DNA from: Ylistrum balloti | Lineage: Eukaryota | Reading direction: 5' to 3' | Assembly: GCF_031769215.1 (NCBI RefSeq) | Contig: NW_026781870.1 | Location: 372,001 to 436,000, forward strand | Length of the DNA: 64,000 bases | Part shown: positions 1 through 14,527 of the stretch, piece after piece | Position numbering within the stretch: position 1 is the first letter of the stretch | How the letters are laid out: each line of letters opens with the position of its first letter | Position numbers and translations under genes: made by a program | The notes under the pieces: generated by a model | The model's database searches: none | What the model was told of the DNA's origin: nothing | What the model saw: the letters and a program-made list of their open reading frames with translations, nothing else

Positions 1-3000
1 ATCCAATAAGTAGATTGAATTACATTGCGGCCCAGCACACACTAAAGACGATACCCTTTTTACATTAAATTTTCTGTTCTGAAATCTGAGCGATCTGGTT
101 CCCGTCTCGTAATTAATACAATTGGTTTCCAGCAATCGGATTACATTTCGACCTTTTGATACTCAAACTAAGGTTCCTACTTGAGAAGCAGTTCGGTACA
201 GTATCGCAGTGATCTACTACAGCAAGATACTGCTATTGATATTGTCTCTTTTTCCGCGAAACTGTGTTTTCACAAAAAAGTGACCGAAAATTGGTAAATC
301 TATAGCATGTAGTTCCTAGGTATCTACGGAAGTCGTGAATGACAAAGGACGCTTACCACTACCTGTTCACTTCTCTAGATATTTAACCCTTTCAAGATTC
401 TTAATGTCTTCATTCCCGAGAAAATCACATTTTCCAACACCAAAAATGATTGACAACGAGATTTCAAAGTTTACCGAGAACTGGAGACTTTTTACCAGAA
501 AACTTAAAAACAAATTTCAATACCTGGAAATATTTCTAAAGATAGCATAAAGGAATTATAATATAGTGGATCGCTGTTTTATCAAGAATAAGTAATTCGA
601 AAATAAAAGCGCGTAAAGATAAAGACTGAGCGATTTATGACAGCTTCTAATCTTAAGGCAAAAAGCAACCTCGAAAAACTAATTCCCTTATCGAAATAAA
701 ATTGTATATTTCATTCCAAGCTTATTTTCATAAACGCGAAAAAAATTAGAAATCGCTTTATTTGGATCATAGAAAATTGATAAGAAGAAGCTGCGTTATC
801 TATTCAAACTTAAACAAAAAATAAGATATCTGAAGGTTACATGTACTGAGATTAAGTTTTAATTATACTGAATCAAAGCTCTTATTTCAAAGTCCGGAAA
901 TATTTTTTCCGGATTTTCCAATCCGGCTTGGACGATCGTTTCGGTAATTAATTTAATCTTACCGTTCTCTGCATGGCGTCCCACGCATCTGTTATCAACC
1001 GGTTGAAGGAATTTCGTTCCACGTCAACTCCATAGTGTTTGATTATTGACGACTTAAAATGTTCAGTAAGATCTTCTTTTAACTGGAAAAAAAGAAAGAA
1101 ATTAAAAGGAAATGTACGAATTTATATATTGCGTGAAAGAGGTCTAAGATTAAAAGTTGGCTATTCGGTTCTAATTGAATTCCTCTATGAATACAGCACG
1201 CCTGTCGATCTCACAATGGTGTCATTGATGGACCAGCAAACCTCGCAGGAAGCCTGTTGCGCTCAACGGAGTACGCGGTTTGTCTTGAAATAAGTGCGCC
1301 TGCGTGCGACAGCACCCAAGGTTGATTTGACCAGAAAAAGTATGAGTTTGAAGCAGAGCCCATTATTGAAGGTTCAATGGAAACCTTATTGACAATATGT
1401 TGCCAATATTCCACAACCGCCTGGAAACTGTTATTGTATCTGAGTAGAGACACTTGTCTTGGAACTCGTGTTATATATAGGGGGACAAAATACACGGTGT
1501 TTTTCACGGGACTGTAATTTCGTGATTACGCAAATACTCATGAAATACGTATTATTGTGTATGTACTGCAAAGGACGATCCATTCTTGTATTGAACATAT
1601 TTTAAGTTATCTTTAATTTCAATGCATTGTTTGTGTTAATCAAAAACTGCTTGCAATATCATTTTGTGGTTGAGCCGCGAACATCTTGAAACAATCTCGT
1701 TGCGAATGCTGTTTACTACTTGCAGATTTAATCAAATATTGTTGTATTTGCACTGTACTTCTTGTAGTTAACTAAATAGATTTCTCAGAAACATTCCGAT
1801 TATATCAACAAATGAAAAAAGAATAAAGTGATCTTGGGGCCGACCCGAAGAGTTCCGAAAGGACACAGACACACTGACCAAGCAATGGTTATTAAAGTTT
1901 GACATTGTACAGATCAAAATAAGATAGAAATTTTATCATGTTATTATTTTTCCCTTAAGGTCTTTTTCTTCAACAATTGAATTACAGTTTCGACTAAGGA
2001 AAAAATGGATTCATAAGAGAGACCTATTGGGACGCATCATTCACAAGTCGCTTTCTCGAAGTTGGAATGTAAAATTTCTCACAATAGGTCTTTCTCAGAG
2101 TGTGTTGACTGGATGTCGTCGACGAAGCAGAATGCGCTTATCCTTCCAGAACACAGACGTATTCTCCTTATACTACTTTTTCATTGGTCTAAATGTAAAT
2201 ATTTCTTTCACCCTCGTTTCAGATTTTAAGATTAATTTCATGTTGTGTTGACGTGTGAATGTTTTCTTGTTTTTTTATTACCGTGAGTATGAAATGAAAC
2301 CTCTAGCAATGTGACTTTCAAAACAGACCTTGACGCTGATATAATTATTTCAAGGACTTGTGAACATAGAAACATTTGTGGAGATAGGCTAAGAGATAGA
2401 AAAACCATTTTCCAAAAGAAATAAGTTGAAATATTAATTTTAAATGTCGACAGTCGTATGAATCATACAGACAAAGGGATAGGAAATTTTTGTCCACACT
2501 TTGCTTACAGAAATGATGAACTATCATTTATGTATTTTTGTATACAGCTAATAAAGCCCACGACAATTTCCTGTAATTTCCATGGCGACGTCTACAATTA
2601 CATGCAAATCTCTCATCGATTTCAGCGCTTGTCAAGCTCCAAACCTCTCGTACACACTCAGTCTGGGCCCCAATCATAGTTATTACCCCCGAGTAATTAA
2701 CATAATGTTTATTACTCAGGTTATAACAATTAGCAACCAATTACCTCTGATCTGAACGTGATTCCTAACGCAAATCCGGCAAACAGCATCAATATCACAA
2801 TAGTCAGAATGGTACCATACTGAAACAAGAATAACATGCTCTTACAAGTTAAAGCATCACACATATCCATGTATTGAGTAAATGTCAACAAATGATATTT
2901 TGAAAGCATTATATTCGTTTGATCAATCTAATTCTTTGATCGAAATCGAAAAAAAAATATGTTCGGAAACTATTACGTGATTTTATCATTGACACTGCAA

Positions 3001-6000
3001 AACATTACATATTTTCAGCCTTCTAAAAGTTCACATTTTAGATACTAGAAGTGCATTTTAATTTTAGCAAATTATATGAAGTTATTGTAGAAAAAAGTAC
3101 GAAAATATGCTTACAAATCCAAGAACAAATTTATCTTGACGCATGGTCCCGCAACAACCACAGAAGGCAAGAATGGCGACGGCACCACCCCCTGCCGTCA
3201 GTCCGTATGTTAGATATTCGAAAAGACGAGATCCCACAATTGCCGATATCTCGCGAGAATTGTAGTCTTTTACCAGCAGCCATACTCCGACAGCTAAGAC
3301 ACCAGATCCTAGAACCTATAAAAGATATTAACAATGTAAACATTCTGAGGAATGGGATGAAGGTGGTCTGTTCAGGATAGTGAAAGTATGATTACTGAGA
3401 CCTTCCGACCAATAGCAGGTGTTGTGGGACAATATGAGAAATACAAAGATATAGTCGGAAGGAAAAGGGTAGCTCGACACTACTGTACATTAATTCTAAC
3501 CATGAAATACAGTTTCTTTACCGAGGATTGAGAGATGAAATATTGCTTCTTATTATGGAGCTTTATTTACTCTTTTTTCTGCCCCTGGTGACTCGATGAA
3601 CTTCCCTTAGCAAGGTATTTGTCTTTCATTTTGATGCTCTGTATTTACAATTGATACCAAAACTCCGTATATCCTTAATTGATCACAAAGATACAATAAA
3701 TATTTGAATTGTAGGTATCTGTTACCGTGATCGTTTCGTTTGTTTGGGGTTTTTTTTCTTACAATTTTAACGAATTTTTTTTCCTCTCTCTTTCTTCAAT
3801 TTTATTTTGTTGACTACAACTGCTATTATAAATATGTAGTCAACTTTGTACCTTTACCATTACAAAGCCAATGCTATTTCAGCACGAACTGAAAAAATCC
3901 GTATTGTCCAAATAATTAGAAGTAAAGACAACTTATCACGGACAGAAGTCTACGTTCTGACTTATTGGGTGAAAAGAAGCACAATTCTCCTTCATATCGA
4001 TAAAGGCACAGCAGCTTTCGCGTGTTGAACTAAATTAGCGACATTTCCTTGTATCATTCGTGAAACACTGATGAATTAGCGAGCACCAATCTCTCCCCTC
4101 ACAGATTGTAAGGCAGTTGGCCGTTAAAACATGAATTCAAATGTCGGTATAAATAAAAACACAATACAGTTTGACAAGCAGTAGAATCTAATTTTAGTTC
4201 CCCGGAGAAATTTGAAGCCGGCTATAATTTTGACAATACCCCTGCCAGAAAATGTCTCGTTGGGTTTACCATGAATAATAGATAAGTACTTGAAACCTAC
4301 ATTGGACAATGGGATCATGCACGCGTAGGCACCTCATGACACGTAGTCTCTGTTCATACATGCCTAGCAGCAGGACTCTATTTACAGTGAGCCGACGTGA
4401 CTTTACGCAATTGCTTTCGCGAAACGTACATCCTGTTTTTAATGACGAGCGAGTCTCACTCTTGTCAAAATCAGTCTTCCTTCAAAACAGAGGGAATAAA
4501 TATTTCAGAGTGTTACAACCGTTTTATACCGCATAAATTCCGTATTTTACGAGACATTGGCATCAAAATTAAAAAAAATTGTAAGTATCTTTTGCGTAAA
4601 AAATATTTGCAGTTATTTGTCACCGAACACACAATTTTCGTAAGTCGAAGTCATTGAGTAGGCATTTCGTTCCAGAATAATTGCTTCCTGTTTCTAGAAT
4701 ATTGCTGCAAATAACATATGTAAAGTGTCATGATCACTTTGTGCGTTTCCACGTCAAATCACAGGCGTACTTGGTTATCAAGCATTAGAACGATTTGTGA
4801 TCAGTGTTTATATCGAGCAGGGAATGGGGGACGGGAGGCAATATCCGGATCCGTTACCGCGTTGTTGATTAGAGGGAACTATGGTCACGTGTTCGATCAT
4901 GGCGTCGCATTCTTCTCGTTAGACTAGCAGATCCATCATCGACAAATACTCGTCTTACACTTAATGGCAGTGACAACTTGCAAGGTTCGTCCGAGGAAAT
5001 CTAGTGATTAAAACAAACGAGAGATTCGTCATCCGCCGAGCAGCACCGACAGAACACCGCAATAGTTTCGCATGGATACATACAATTACTATATACAGTT
5101 TTATTTCCTGTTAACGTTCCGACTACTGTAGACAATGTAGACAACCCATTGGCCTGACCAATAGCAGCAGGCATTTATGTAACTTATTTCCGCACAGAGT
5201 GGAAGCATCGGATTTTCATTCAATATAATTGTATTTCCAATAAGTCTTAATTAGAATAAAAGACATGAGCATTTTTTAATTCGGATGTAGCGACGTCTCG
5301 GACAAGGCCAAAAACATCGATAATTAACTCCCTGGGTCCATACTTGAGAGTAGTTGCACTTTTACCTACATATATTGTAAATGAGTCACTGATACATCTC
5401 ACATGTATGCTTGATTAACGACGGTGGTGTAGATGTAATTTAGTTGATAATTTGAGTGCGCGTACTTTAAAAGAGAACGAAGCGAGACTGTTATTTTGCC
5501 GTAAAAATAAGTTGTAATTTAAAGAAACAAGCTCTCATCCTGCCTGCTGTTCACACTATGCCCCATGATACATACAGGAATTATCTATAACTTTCACTCG
5601 AGATAGCTATTTTTCAAAAGTTGCAGAAAAAACACGTACTTTACGGAGTGTTTTTGTATCTTTTGAAAAAAAACCTGATGAGTGAAATACTATAAAAAGC
5701 AACCATGAGTTTGTGTGGGTGTTTCTACAACATTAATACAAAGCTACTCCGATAAAAGTTTCTGCACCCACGTGTGTTTTGTTGATATCAGTTGGGGCGA
5801 AATTATATGACCTATAATAGAATGACGCTAATCGATACGCATAACTGACAGTATCATGAATTTGCAAATACGTTATAATTCATTACAAACCATAACATGT
5901 AATTCATGTGTTTATTTTCTGCAAAGCAATACATTGTCTTTTAACTTGATAGAAATAACGTGAAAAACTTATTGTCCGTTTTAATTTCCGTAAGTGCGTG

Positions 6001-6003
6001 GAG

Positions 6004-6096
6004 AGCCCTTCCTGTCACCGTGTCAGCCAATCAAAGCCCTTCCTGTCACCGTGTCAGCCAATCAAAGCCCTTCCTGTCACCGTGTCAGCCAATCAA
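6004..6096 (+). repeat. Three perfect tandem copies of a 31-bp unit, each with a CCAAT box
   Basis: AGCCCTTCCTGTCACCGTGTCAGCCAATCAA at 6004, 6035 and 6066, identical copies. Confidence 0.95.
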
Positions 6097-6567
6097 AACG
6101 CGCTATGTTACACTTTATACCACTTTAAGTATAAATGTTTAGTTATTTAACAGTTGTAATGATTCGCTGATGCCTTGGGAGTTGAATAATAACCACATAT
6201 TGTGGTGGGAAATTCCATGCAAGTCTTTTTTCGTGCAAGTGTAGTTCTTGTGTCTTTACTACCTGATAAAAGTACTCCGGGATCCCAGGAGATGTGTGCT
6301 CATATCGCCGGTCATATCGACCAATCACCTTTTCATTTTCTTTTTATTCCCACGTAACGCCAGTGTCACTCGGCAGTGACGGTGTTTGATTTACAATATG
6401 ACTGGACAAGCTTTGGCGATGTTTAAGATTAGCGGTGTTGTACAACGAGGGGTCAGACTTTATCACTGACGATTAGGCGCGCGCGGATACCCGCCATTTT
6501 GGATAAAGTAAAAAAAAAAATACTAAATCTTCGCGGACTTTGACTTTGTGGCGAAATTTTTATCAAG

Positions 6568-7310
6568 ATGGAGTCCAGAAATGGCGATAGCTGCTACACA
6601 TGCTAACCAGTAGCGGGCACAAGGGCTCGGAATATAGCTACCTGAGAATGCAGAAAACGAAAAATCGTTTAAAATCCATCATGGATGCTCAGTTACATAA
6701 TGTTACACGACATACGTTCTGCTGAGCGGTATGACCGACAGGACGACATAGACCGCCGGTACCCGAGTGACGATGCTAGACGTTTGTTAGCAATTTGATA
6801 AATTTTCGAAATCTTCAGACGGAAAGGAAGATGATGACGATAATATCTAAAACTGGGCTGGACACAAAACCTGTGGCGATGATGATGAACTGTCAGAATG
6901 CATTAGGGAGTATGTTCGGGATTTCAGATACGAGGAAAGCAATTGACCAAACAAGGTGTGTGAATCACAAGCCAACCTACTTCTGGGCATGCTAACTAAA
7001 ACCATGCATGAGAAAGACTTCTGATAAGGTTGGATGTCTATCGGTACTAAGTCGGAAAATACTGAAAACTTACCAGCACCTCGTGTAAACACAGATATGA
7101 CATGAGATTAAGTCTGACGCAAGAAGTCGGGATATCGTGCGCAAAAGACACAAACAAGGAGCACCAAAGGGCTTACATCACTAGCTTGTCTTATTCAAAT
7201 GTTGACAGACAGGAAAAACAGCTAACGCCAGATTAATTATTGATGAAATGCTAAAATTAGCGATCGACAGCTTCACACTGATGGGGCAGTGCATGCCTCA
7301 CACGTAGGAT
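6568..7310 (+). mobile_element. Decayed DIRS-type (tyrosine-recombinase retrotransposon) gag/ORF1 remnant
   Basis: Joining frames across stops and frameshifts over ~6880-7310 gives ECIREYVRDFRYEES..KVCESQANLLLGML..ENTENLPAPRVNTD..HEIKSDARSRDI..QKTQTRSTKGLTSLACLIQML..IDEMLKLAIDSFTLMGQ. This follows the RPENCENL.xP.VN.EIW..RSRD.xLQK.Q pattern I recall for invertebrate DIRS1 ORF1. No RT or recombinase seen downstream. The 5' boundary is a guess at an AAGATGG start. Confidence 0.7.
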
Positions 7311-10300
7311 ATACTTGGCCACTTAGACACTAAGGCATTGAAATATTTCATCAAATGAACTTCAATTTCATCAGGTGTATTTTAAGACAATTTTGTACGT
7401 TTCCTAAACTTTTCATTTCCATACAATTTTCATAAAAGCTACATTCAGGCATTTGAACAACTTTTATTTCATCGTCAATCATTAAAACTTAAGGCAGTTT
7501 GATGTATTGCTTTCGCTCGATATGAAACAGTAAAGTGAATTTCCCTATAAATATTATATCTTATCTCCTACATTTTCACTGATGTTTCATGCGAGAAACA
7601 TTGAGACAAAGATGTAGGGTGTATTTTATCAGGTATACGGGGCAGATTTTACTATACGTTAGTAAATACATCCATTATAACGCCAGAGATCGCCAAACAA
7701 ATAGATCGAATGAATCTTTGTCATTTCGCGGCAATTTGACAAGGACGACATCTTTATGTAAACACAATATTGTAAAGCGTTAAACCGGCAACGAATGCTC
7801 CATATCTGCAGCTTGATCTCGACATATGACGAAATAATGCAAAACTTGGCATCAATTTTACGTAAAAGTCCTGAAGCATGAACTTCAAGTGTTGTCAAGT
7901 GTCTGTCAGATCCCCTGTACGCTTGATATAACCCCTCCTTCATTCCCTCCCCGTCCATCGTTACGTGGTGTAAATGCTTTCTAGCTTGAGATGTCGATAG
8001 ACAAGCCAGACCTTGAATAGTTGTCACTTCTCAAAAACCTGAGATAAGGAGAGGAGTTTCGACTCGGCTGAACGCGCGCGAGGAACTCGCCTACCAAACT
8101 GGTCGATAGGACGTCATTCAGATTCTCACCTCTAATCATGACCTAGTAAGGGAATTGATCAAATTCATCACTTTGTAAAGGAAACTTTAACGTTCTTATT
8201 TTACATTAGAAATAGCATTAAGAGAGAAAAAAATCTTCTTTATATTGCAAATTCAATCTGAAATATAAAAAATCCATATTGATGATATGACTCAGTTCAG
8301 CCCACATTAGTACCAGTAAAGTACCGCCATTTGCAAATTGCAGAATGAGAAAAAATGAGTTTGGTCTTTTTTACTCTTTCAATTTTTTAAACAATTGTCC
8401 TATGCATAAAGTGTGCAAAACGTATTTTACTGAGAAGTCGATTAGCCTGGATAAAATGTACTTGGATGGAAATTGGCAAAAACATTCCAGGTTTGGTAAC
8501 TATAAAATTGGAACCGGATTAAAAAATATCCAATTGGAATGAAAGTGATATGAAGATCAGCCTGTTTATGAAGTTATAAACAGCGTGAAGAATATTTTCT
8601 ATTAAAAACTACTAAATTCATAATAGTTTTGTACTTTTTCGCATGTTGTGCTATAAAATAAATCATAAACGAGAACAGGCATGCACTTTTTTTTCAATAT
8701 AACATCTCTTAAACCCTTAAAGTACGCGGTTTTAAAGTGAACACTTTCAATATGATGATAATGGCTCTTGCGAACTCAACATTGACACCCTATAACGAAC
8801 CTTCCAGATTGCAAATAAGTGACCCAATACAAGAATTTCCTCAAATTATGTTTTTCTTTCAAACCTTTTGTGATTTTATGAATATGAAAAATACACATAA
8901 TGAGCTCACAATTTCGTTGAATTTACCGAGAAATTGATTTTTCTGTTATAAAGTCATGTGTTCATTTTTACAGCAGTTTTTTTTTTTTTTTTTTTTTTGT
9001 TTATTTCATTTCTCTGTATTAAGCCTTTGTTTTTCGCCTTCAGATTGTTTTTTTGTCGCTTGTTTTTCTTTGGTATGTATATTTTTCTTACTTACATGCT
9101 TATTTTATTCAGTAATTATGATCTGTTTATGTCAAGTATTTCTTTATTATCTTTTTAACATAAATTCTACTTTTTGTCCTTATTTGTTTATTTTCCTGTC
9201 TGTTTGCAAAGCGTTAGACACGTATTTTAACGAGTTTCATACCGTTTTCCAATTTCTCGCAAATATTCTTAATTTCCAACTTTTATAATTTTACGTATGT
9301 ATATTCTAAAAGAGCATTTTTCACAGACATTCGAGATGTCCGAAGAATTTTTTTCCGCGACATGAAATAAACATCATTTTTCCGTAATTGTCGAGATTCC
9401 TCTATCCTCACTCAAAAAGATGTATCCTGTTTTCCTATCTTGTGTAACATAAGTAAACAGATACTGATACGATATAGATAAATAGACTCGGAATATTCCC
9501 TACCGCGCGAGCTGGCTACCGATCCGATATACACAGTGGGTGTTTTACTAGATATAAAAACGTTTAAACACGGTCATAAAAATGTCTTTATGATGGAAAA
9601 ATCAATCAAAATAAGAAAACCATAATTTGAGATATTTCTATATTGTTCATGTGTAATATAATATCACAATTGGCTCCTGATAATGGACGTCATCATGGCA
9701 TATGCGACAAAGCATGTTAGATATCTACAACAGTTAAATAGGTGCCTTTTAACTGGTATAGGGTCTCACAAATCGATTAAAACAAGACACGCGATTTGTA
9801 ACTGTAGAATGACTGGATGTCTTCTTTAACTCACAAATGACCTATTTCTGACCTTTGTCGGTACATGGTTGTTTTCATATTTATTACCAGTTACATGCAT
9901 GTTGTTCATATTTTTGCCCGAGAAATAGATCTTTATCTTTTACGTTTAACTACATACACATTATGTATATCGCTGGAACAGATACCGAGGTCGATCACGG
10001 AGAGTCGGAGTATATTCATTTATTGGGAAAATTATTTATTAATTTACTTATTTTCCTCCAGTACCTGTACTCAGAACTTTGTCTCCTCATTACCGTTATA
10101 TCATCTTATCGTGACGTCATCAAAACATTTCACTATTTTTAAAATGTGTACGTATTGTTCACGTGGATTTTACGACAACTGTTACGCGGATGAATTTTAC
10201 GACAACCGTTAACAGCAACCTGGTGATATTACTCGTCTCATCTATATACAACATGCATGCAGTCTGTGTAATGAATAAAGATTCCACGTTGATTAAAGAT

Positions 10301-10444
10301 ACATGTACCACCTGTTTCCTAAAGATACATCTACTCATCTCTAACACCAAAGGGACCAGAAAGTTAAAATAAAAGTCACACAGCGACCAAACAACTCGAA
10401 ATACGGTTGCAATATAGATTACGGAAAACTATGTACATTGCATC

Positions 10445-10560
10445 ACGTCTCTGTGACGGTATGTTAATTACGGCCAGCTATACTAATTGTATAACGTCTA
10501 TGATGACGGTGTATTAATTACGGCCAGTTATATATATTGTACAACGTCTCTGATGGCGAT
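10445..10560. repeat. ~50-bp tandem repeat, about 2.3 copies
   Basis: ACGTCT..TGACGGT..TTAATTACGGCCAG..ATTGTA(T/C)A recurs at 10445, 10494 and partially at 10544. Confidence 0.85.
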
Positions 10561-13500
10561 ACACATTATATATGCATACACTGCACACCTACTTATATCA
10601 TACCTCATTGTCTATCTCAACCAAAGCCTGTAATTACTATCAGAGATTTTTATAATCGATTTGATGACATATCGGTACTGGTCGGGGCCAACGACGTTGT
10701 CAACAATCCTTATCCGAGCTCAACAAGCAGATGAGAAAATAGCAGACATGTTTATCCATAATGGTCACAAATTACCCATCGGCCAATCAAATGTTGCGTA
10801 TTATCACAAATGGATCCAATTCCCTTCAATTATTCTCAGATTTTGCCTCATCTGTACAAAAACGTTCGTCTTGACGGTGTAATGTTGTCACCGGTATCAG
10901 TTATTGCTGTCTGGCATTTGAACAGAATAGAATGTCCAAAAAACAAACAGACACGAATTTGAAGGTTGATATAAAGTAGAGGTCAAGACTGTGATAATTG
11001 GAATTTAAAGAAAATTTTACATACCAGTAGAAAAACGTTATAGCAGTGTAGAATTCCGGTGAGGTAGGAGACACAATTACGGGTCGGCTCCCGTTTTAGA
11101 CGTATCTTCTGGTGCCGTTGTTGTTCCATGTAGCCTCTGTGACTGTGGTTATTATGGTAATGGTTTGACTGTTTTCTAGACGTACCACGACTCAAGGGCT
11201 GGAACAAACAAAAACAACATGGTTAGTCATGTTTTCAGTTTAATTACGGCAAATCCCGAAGTTTTTTGCAATGTTTTATTCAAAAGACATCCCGTCGCGA
11301 AATTTAGCAATAACCTTGTTACCCGTTGTTCCCAGCGGCGCAAAGATTTCAAATCCTTATTCGTTTCCATACAGGACTATTTTTTCCGAAGATTTAAAAC
11401 TTCAAGATTCTCCGGAATAAATCGTTTAAAAATTATCCTAATAGATACACCCATGTAAATTTTAGTTCAACAAAATTTTGTTGAAAGAGTTCATAAAATA
11501 TGTTCAGGCCTAACATGGATTTCCGTTGTAAAACTTTAAACTACGATTCGTGTTGTGTATATCATTTACGGGCTACCCACAAACATGGACACATGCATTT
11601 TCTTGTTATTCAATTCATGCAGTGCCATACATGAATATAATTTCGATAGGTTGAACGTGGCCTCTAAACGGGCACTTATAGCGCAGCTGAAATAGACATA
11701 TCGCTTGGTAGTGTTATAATTGTCGACCCCACAATCGGATTTTTTCAAGAGAGTCCAAAACACCTCTTTCGAAATCTTGATCAGCCCCATTACTAAGAGT
11801 GAATCTTGCTGGCAAATCATAAGTTGAAGACTGTATTATCTGATTATCAAAATTCAATGGCCCGTCACTAGCAATACATACCCCTCCACGTCTGTACTAA
11901 GTAGCCATGACATTTGGAATATTTCATCAAAACTTTACAGGAGACACGTTATATAGTGTATTTAATATTACACAATACTGTGACTTCCATAGAATATTGT
12001 CTTTCATTTTCAAAAGTTTTACAAATAAGATGTACTTTTTTATGTACGTCTTATCACACGAAGGGAGATAACTCACTTGGAGTGACAACATTAAAAGTAT
12101 TAGACCTAATTCGTTTGCGCCAATATACACATTTATATTATATACCGTACCTTACGTTAGGGAAGATCAACAGTAATTCCTTTCTGTTTAATTACTGGTA
12201 TATGTATCATCGATATTTTTCACACCATAGTTATAACACCACACAAACAATCAAACGTTTGTTATCCCTTTAGAATAGTTTCCCAAGTTGCTATCGATTC
12301 ATTGGACCAGAACACATACAGTTTCAAAACCTATGACACATAACATCATGTTTCACTTCAACATTTGTAGAAGGTAATCCAACGGCTTAAAATGTTTCAT
12401 GTGATTTCATATAACTTTTAAAATGCTCCTTCTTCAAGCAGAGTTGTTCTTGACAATCAACAGCCTAATGAGGACATACTAAACGGTTGGAAAGGTGATT
12501 ACAATGGTCACAACTGACCAGAGTGGTCACTCCAATGTTGATCTCATAGAAAAACACACTTGACTCATATGTGTATACTATTAGCGTGAGTGAACAATAC
12601 GTGTATTCTCTCTCGTCCATTTATATCGCTTGTAAACAGTTACAAACTTTACTGTACATAACCTTGGTAAAATGTATTGAGATAAAAAATTCGACGAGTT
12701 GTCGTAAAAATAATAAACGACCACTATTCAACGTGTCAACAAAATGGCATTGAGGTATATTTATAACCAATTAAAACATTGTTTAGCTGAAAAGATTAAA
12801 GAGGCTAAAATTGCTAATGAGGAAACTTAATATACACGTTTAAAAAATCTGGGCCGATATTCAAGAGAAACATTCAAATGAATTTTGAATAGAAAATAGA
12901 ATGGCGAAACAAATAGCAATTTATTGAAAATGGAATGAATCTATACTTAAATATATTACCTATTTAGCCAGATAGATTCCCTGCATATAGACCGCGCCCG
13001 TTTAGAAGTGGACCTTATACATGCACACACGGCTAGACGTCGAGACAAAATGGCCATAAAGAGATGTAATTACAAGAACAAGTTGCCATCAATTGTCTTC
13101 AAGAAAGCATGTGACATAAAACAAAACATAGCCCACACAAACGGAATTACAAATCAAACAAACCGGAAGTGCTGCTGGTATGTCACTGAAGACGTACGAG
13201 TATGTATCTTCAGTGCTGTCCATTGTTATCACAACAAAGACGAGGACGATTTAAAGGGAACAGGCGATGAAACTTATCCGAGAACACACAAAATGTACCA
13301 CAATAGGCCTACACGCAACACAATGTATCACGGAAATCGTATACCGCATTGCAGAGCGTAGGACGAATTATCATTACGTTTGTGAGAAACAATTGTCGCT
13401 TAATTATGTCAAAAAGGCCAAATGTAGACAAGCAAACGCTGGAACCTAATGCTTCAGTACCGAAAGGCAATTACGTATACCAGCAATATCGATAATAATA

Positions 13501-14527
13501 GACGCTAATTGTCCTCGCCATGTTAATAGGACATGTTCGTATAAGAGAGAGAGAGAGGGAAAACAAAAATGCTACTACAGTGTTTGGGAAGTCGTCTTCA
13601 CCATGGGCCCCATTTAACGAAATAATACAAAAAACAAACATTGACTTGTTCAAATATTTGTATTGTAGATCAGTTTGATGACAATCTGTTGGAGAAATAT
13701 ACCAGAGGCTAAATAGTTGTAATTGTACCAGACACGCCATATCGCGTTTAGATGTCGATACACAGTCGAATTTACATGGTCATGTAATTTCGTCGTACCC
13801 TCGTTCTCGATTCTGATGTAATTGAGGTCAAAGGATATACACTTGTATTTATGGGATTACAAACCTGATATATTTTTCTTCTTGCTAATTGCGATAGTTA
13901 TTGTGTATAATGACTATATCTTTGTCACTAAATAGTTTACATACGGTTAGTTGTGTTATTCATCTTGCCGCCTTCTCGTGATCTCGTGTTGGCGAGGTCA
14001 CAGAAGATTGTTCATACTTACAAGATATATATTTGACACACCTACATTCAAGCCAAATATGGAGCGAGTAGATGTGTAAAGGAAGTGCTGGATAATAGCA
14101 ATGTCAGACTTTCGGTGTGACGTGCTCCATTTTGAAGGATATCCAACACTAAACACGAGCACGCGAGGTCAGTGGTGCCGATTTAATTCTTTTGTAGCTT
14201 TAAGAATGACTTAGTAGTTTGTTGTTATATAGAGAGTGTCTTCATTGAGTTGTCACTTCAAGTGAAACAGATGGAAGTAGTGAAAAGGTGTCCATTCAAG
14301 CGAGATTTTCTTAAATACTGGTGTCTAATACAATATAGAAAACAACAAAATCAGAAATGTGGTCAGGAATGAGAAATGGATGACTAACTTCTAAAGAGCC
14401 CATGCAAATAGGAGTATTAGAGTTCAGTTTAAGAGTCCACATCATTATAAAACACAAAAGAAAAAAACCCAAACACTTAAGAACATCCAACATTAATTTC
14501 AAATATGGCAACAACCAAGAAACATTT

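Noticed and set aside
10650-10734. FDDISVLVGANDVVN resembles the NAD(P) transhydrogenase beta motif (VLVIGANDxVN)
   Set aside because: Only ~8 residues match, the flanks do not continue the domain, and there are no suitable splice sites or other exons of such a gene.
13008-13361. 117-aa plus-strand ORF, with a hydrophobic antisense reading suggestive of a membrane-protein pseudogene
   Set aside because: No recognisable motif in either orientation; all antisense frames have several stops.
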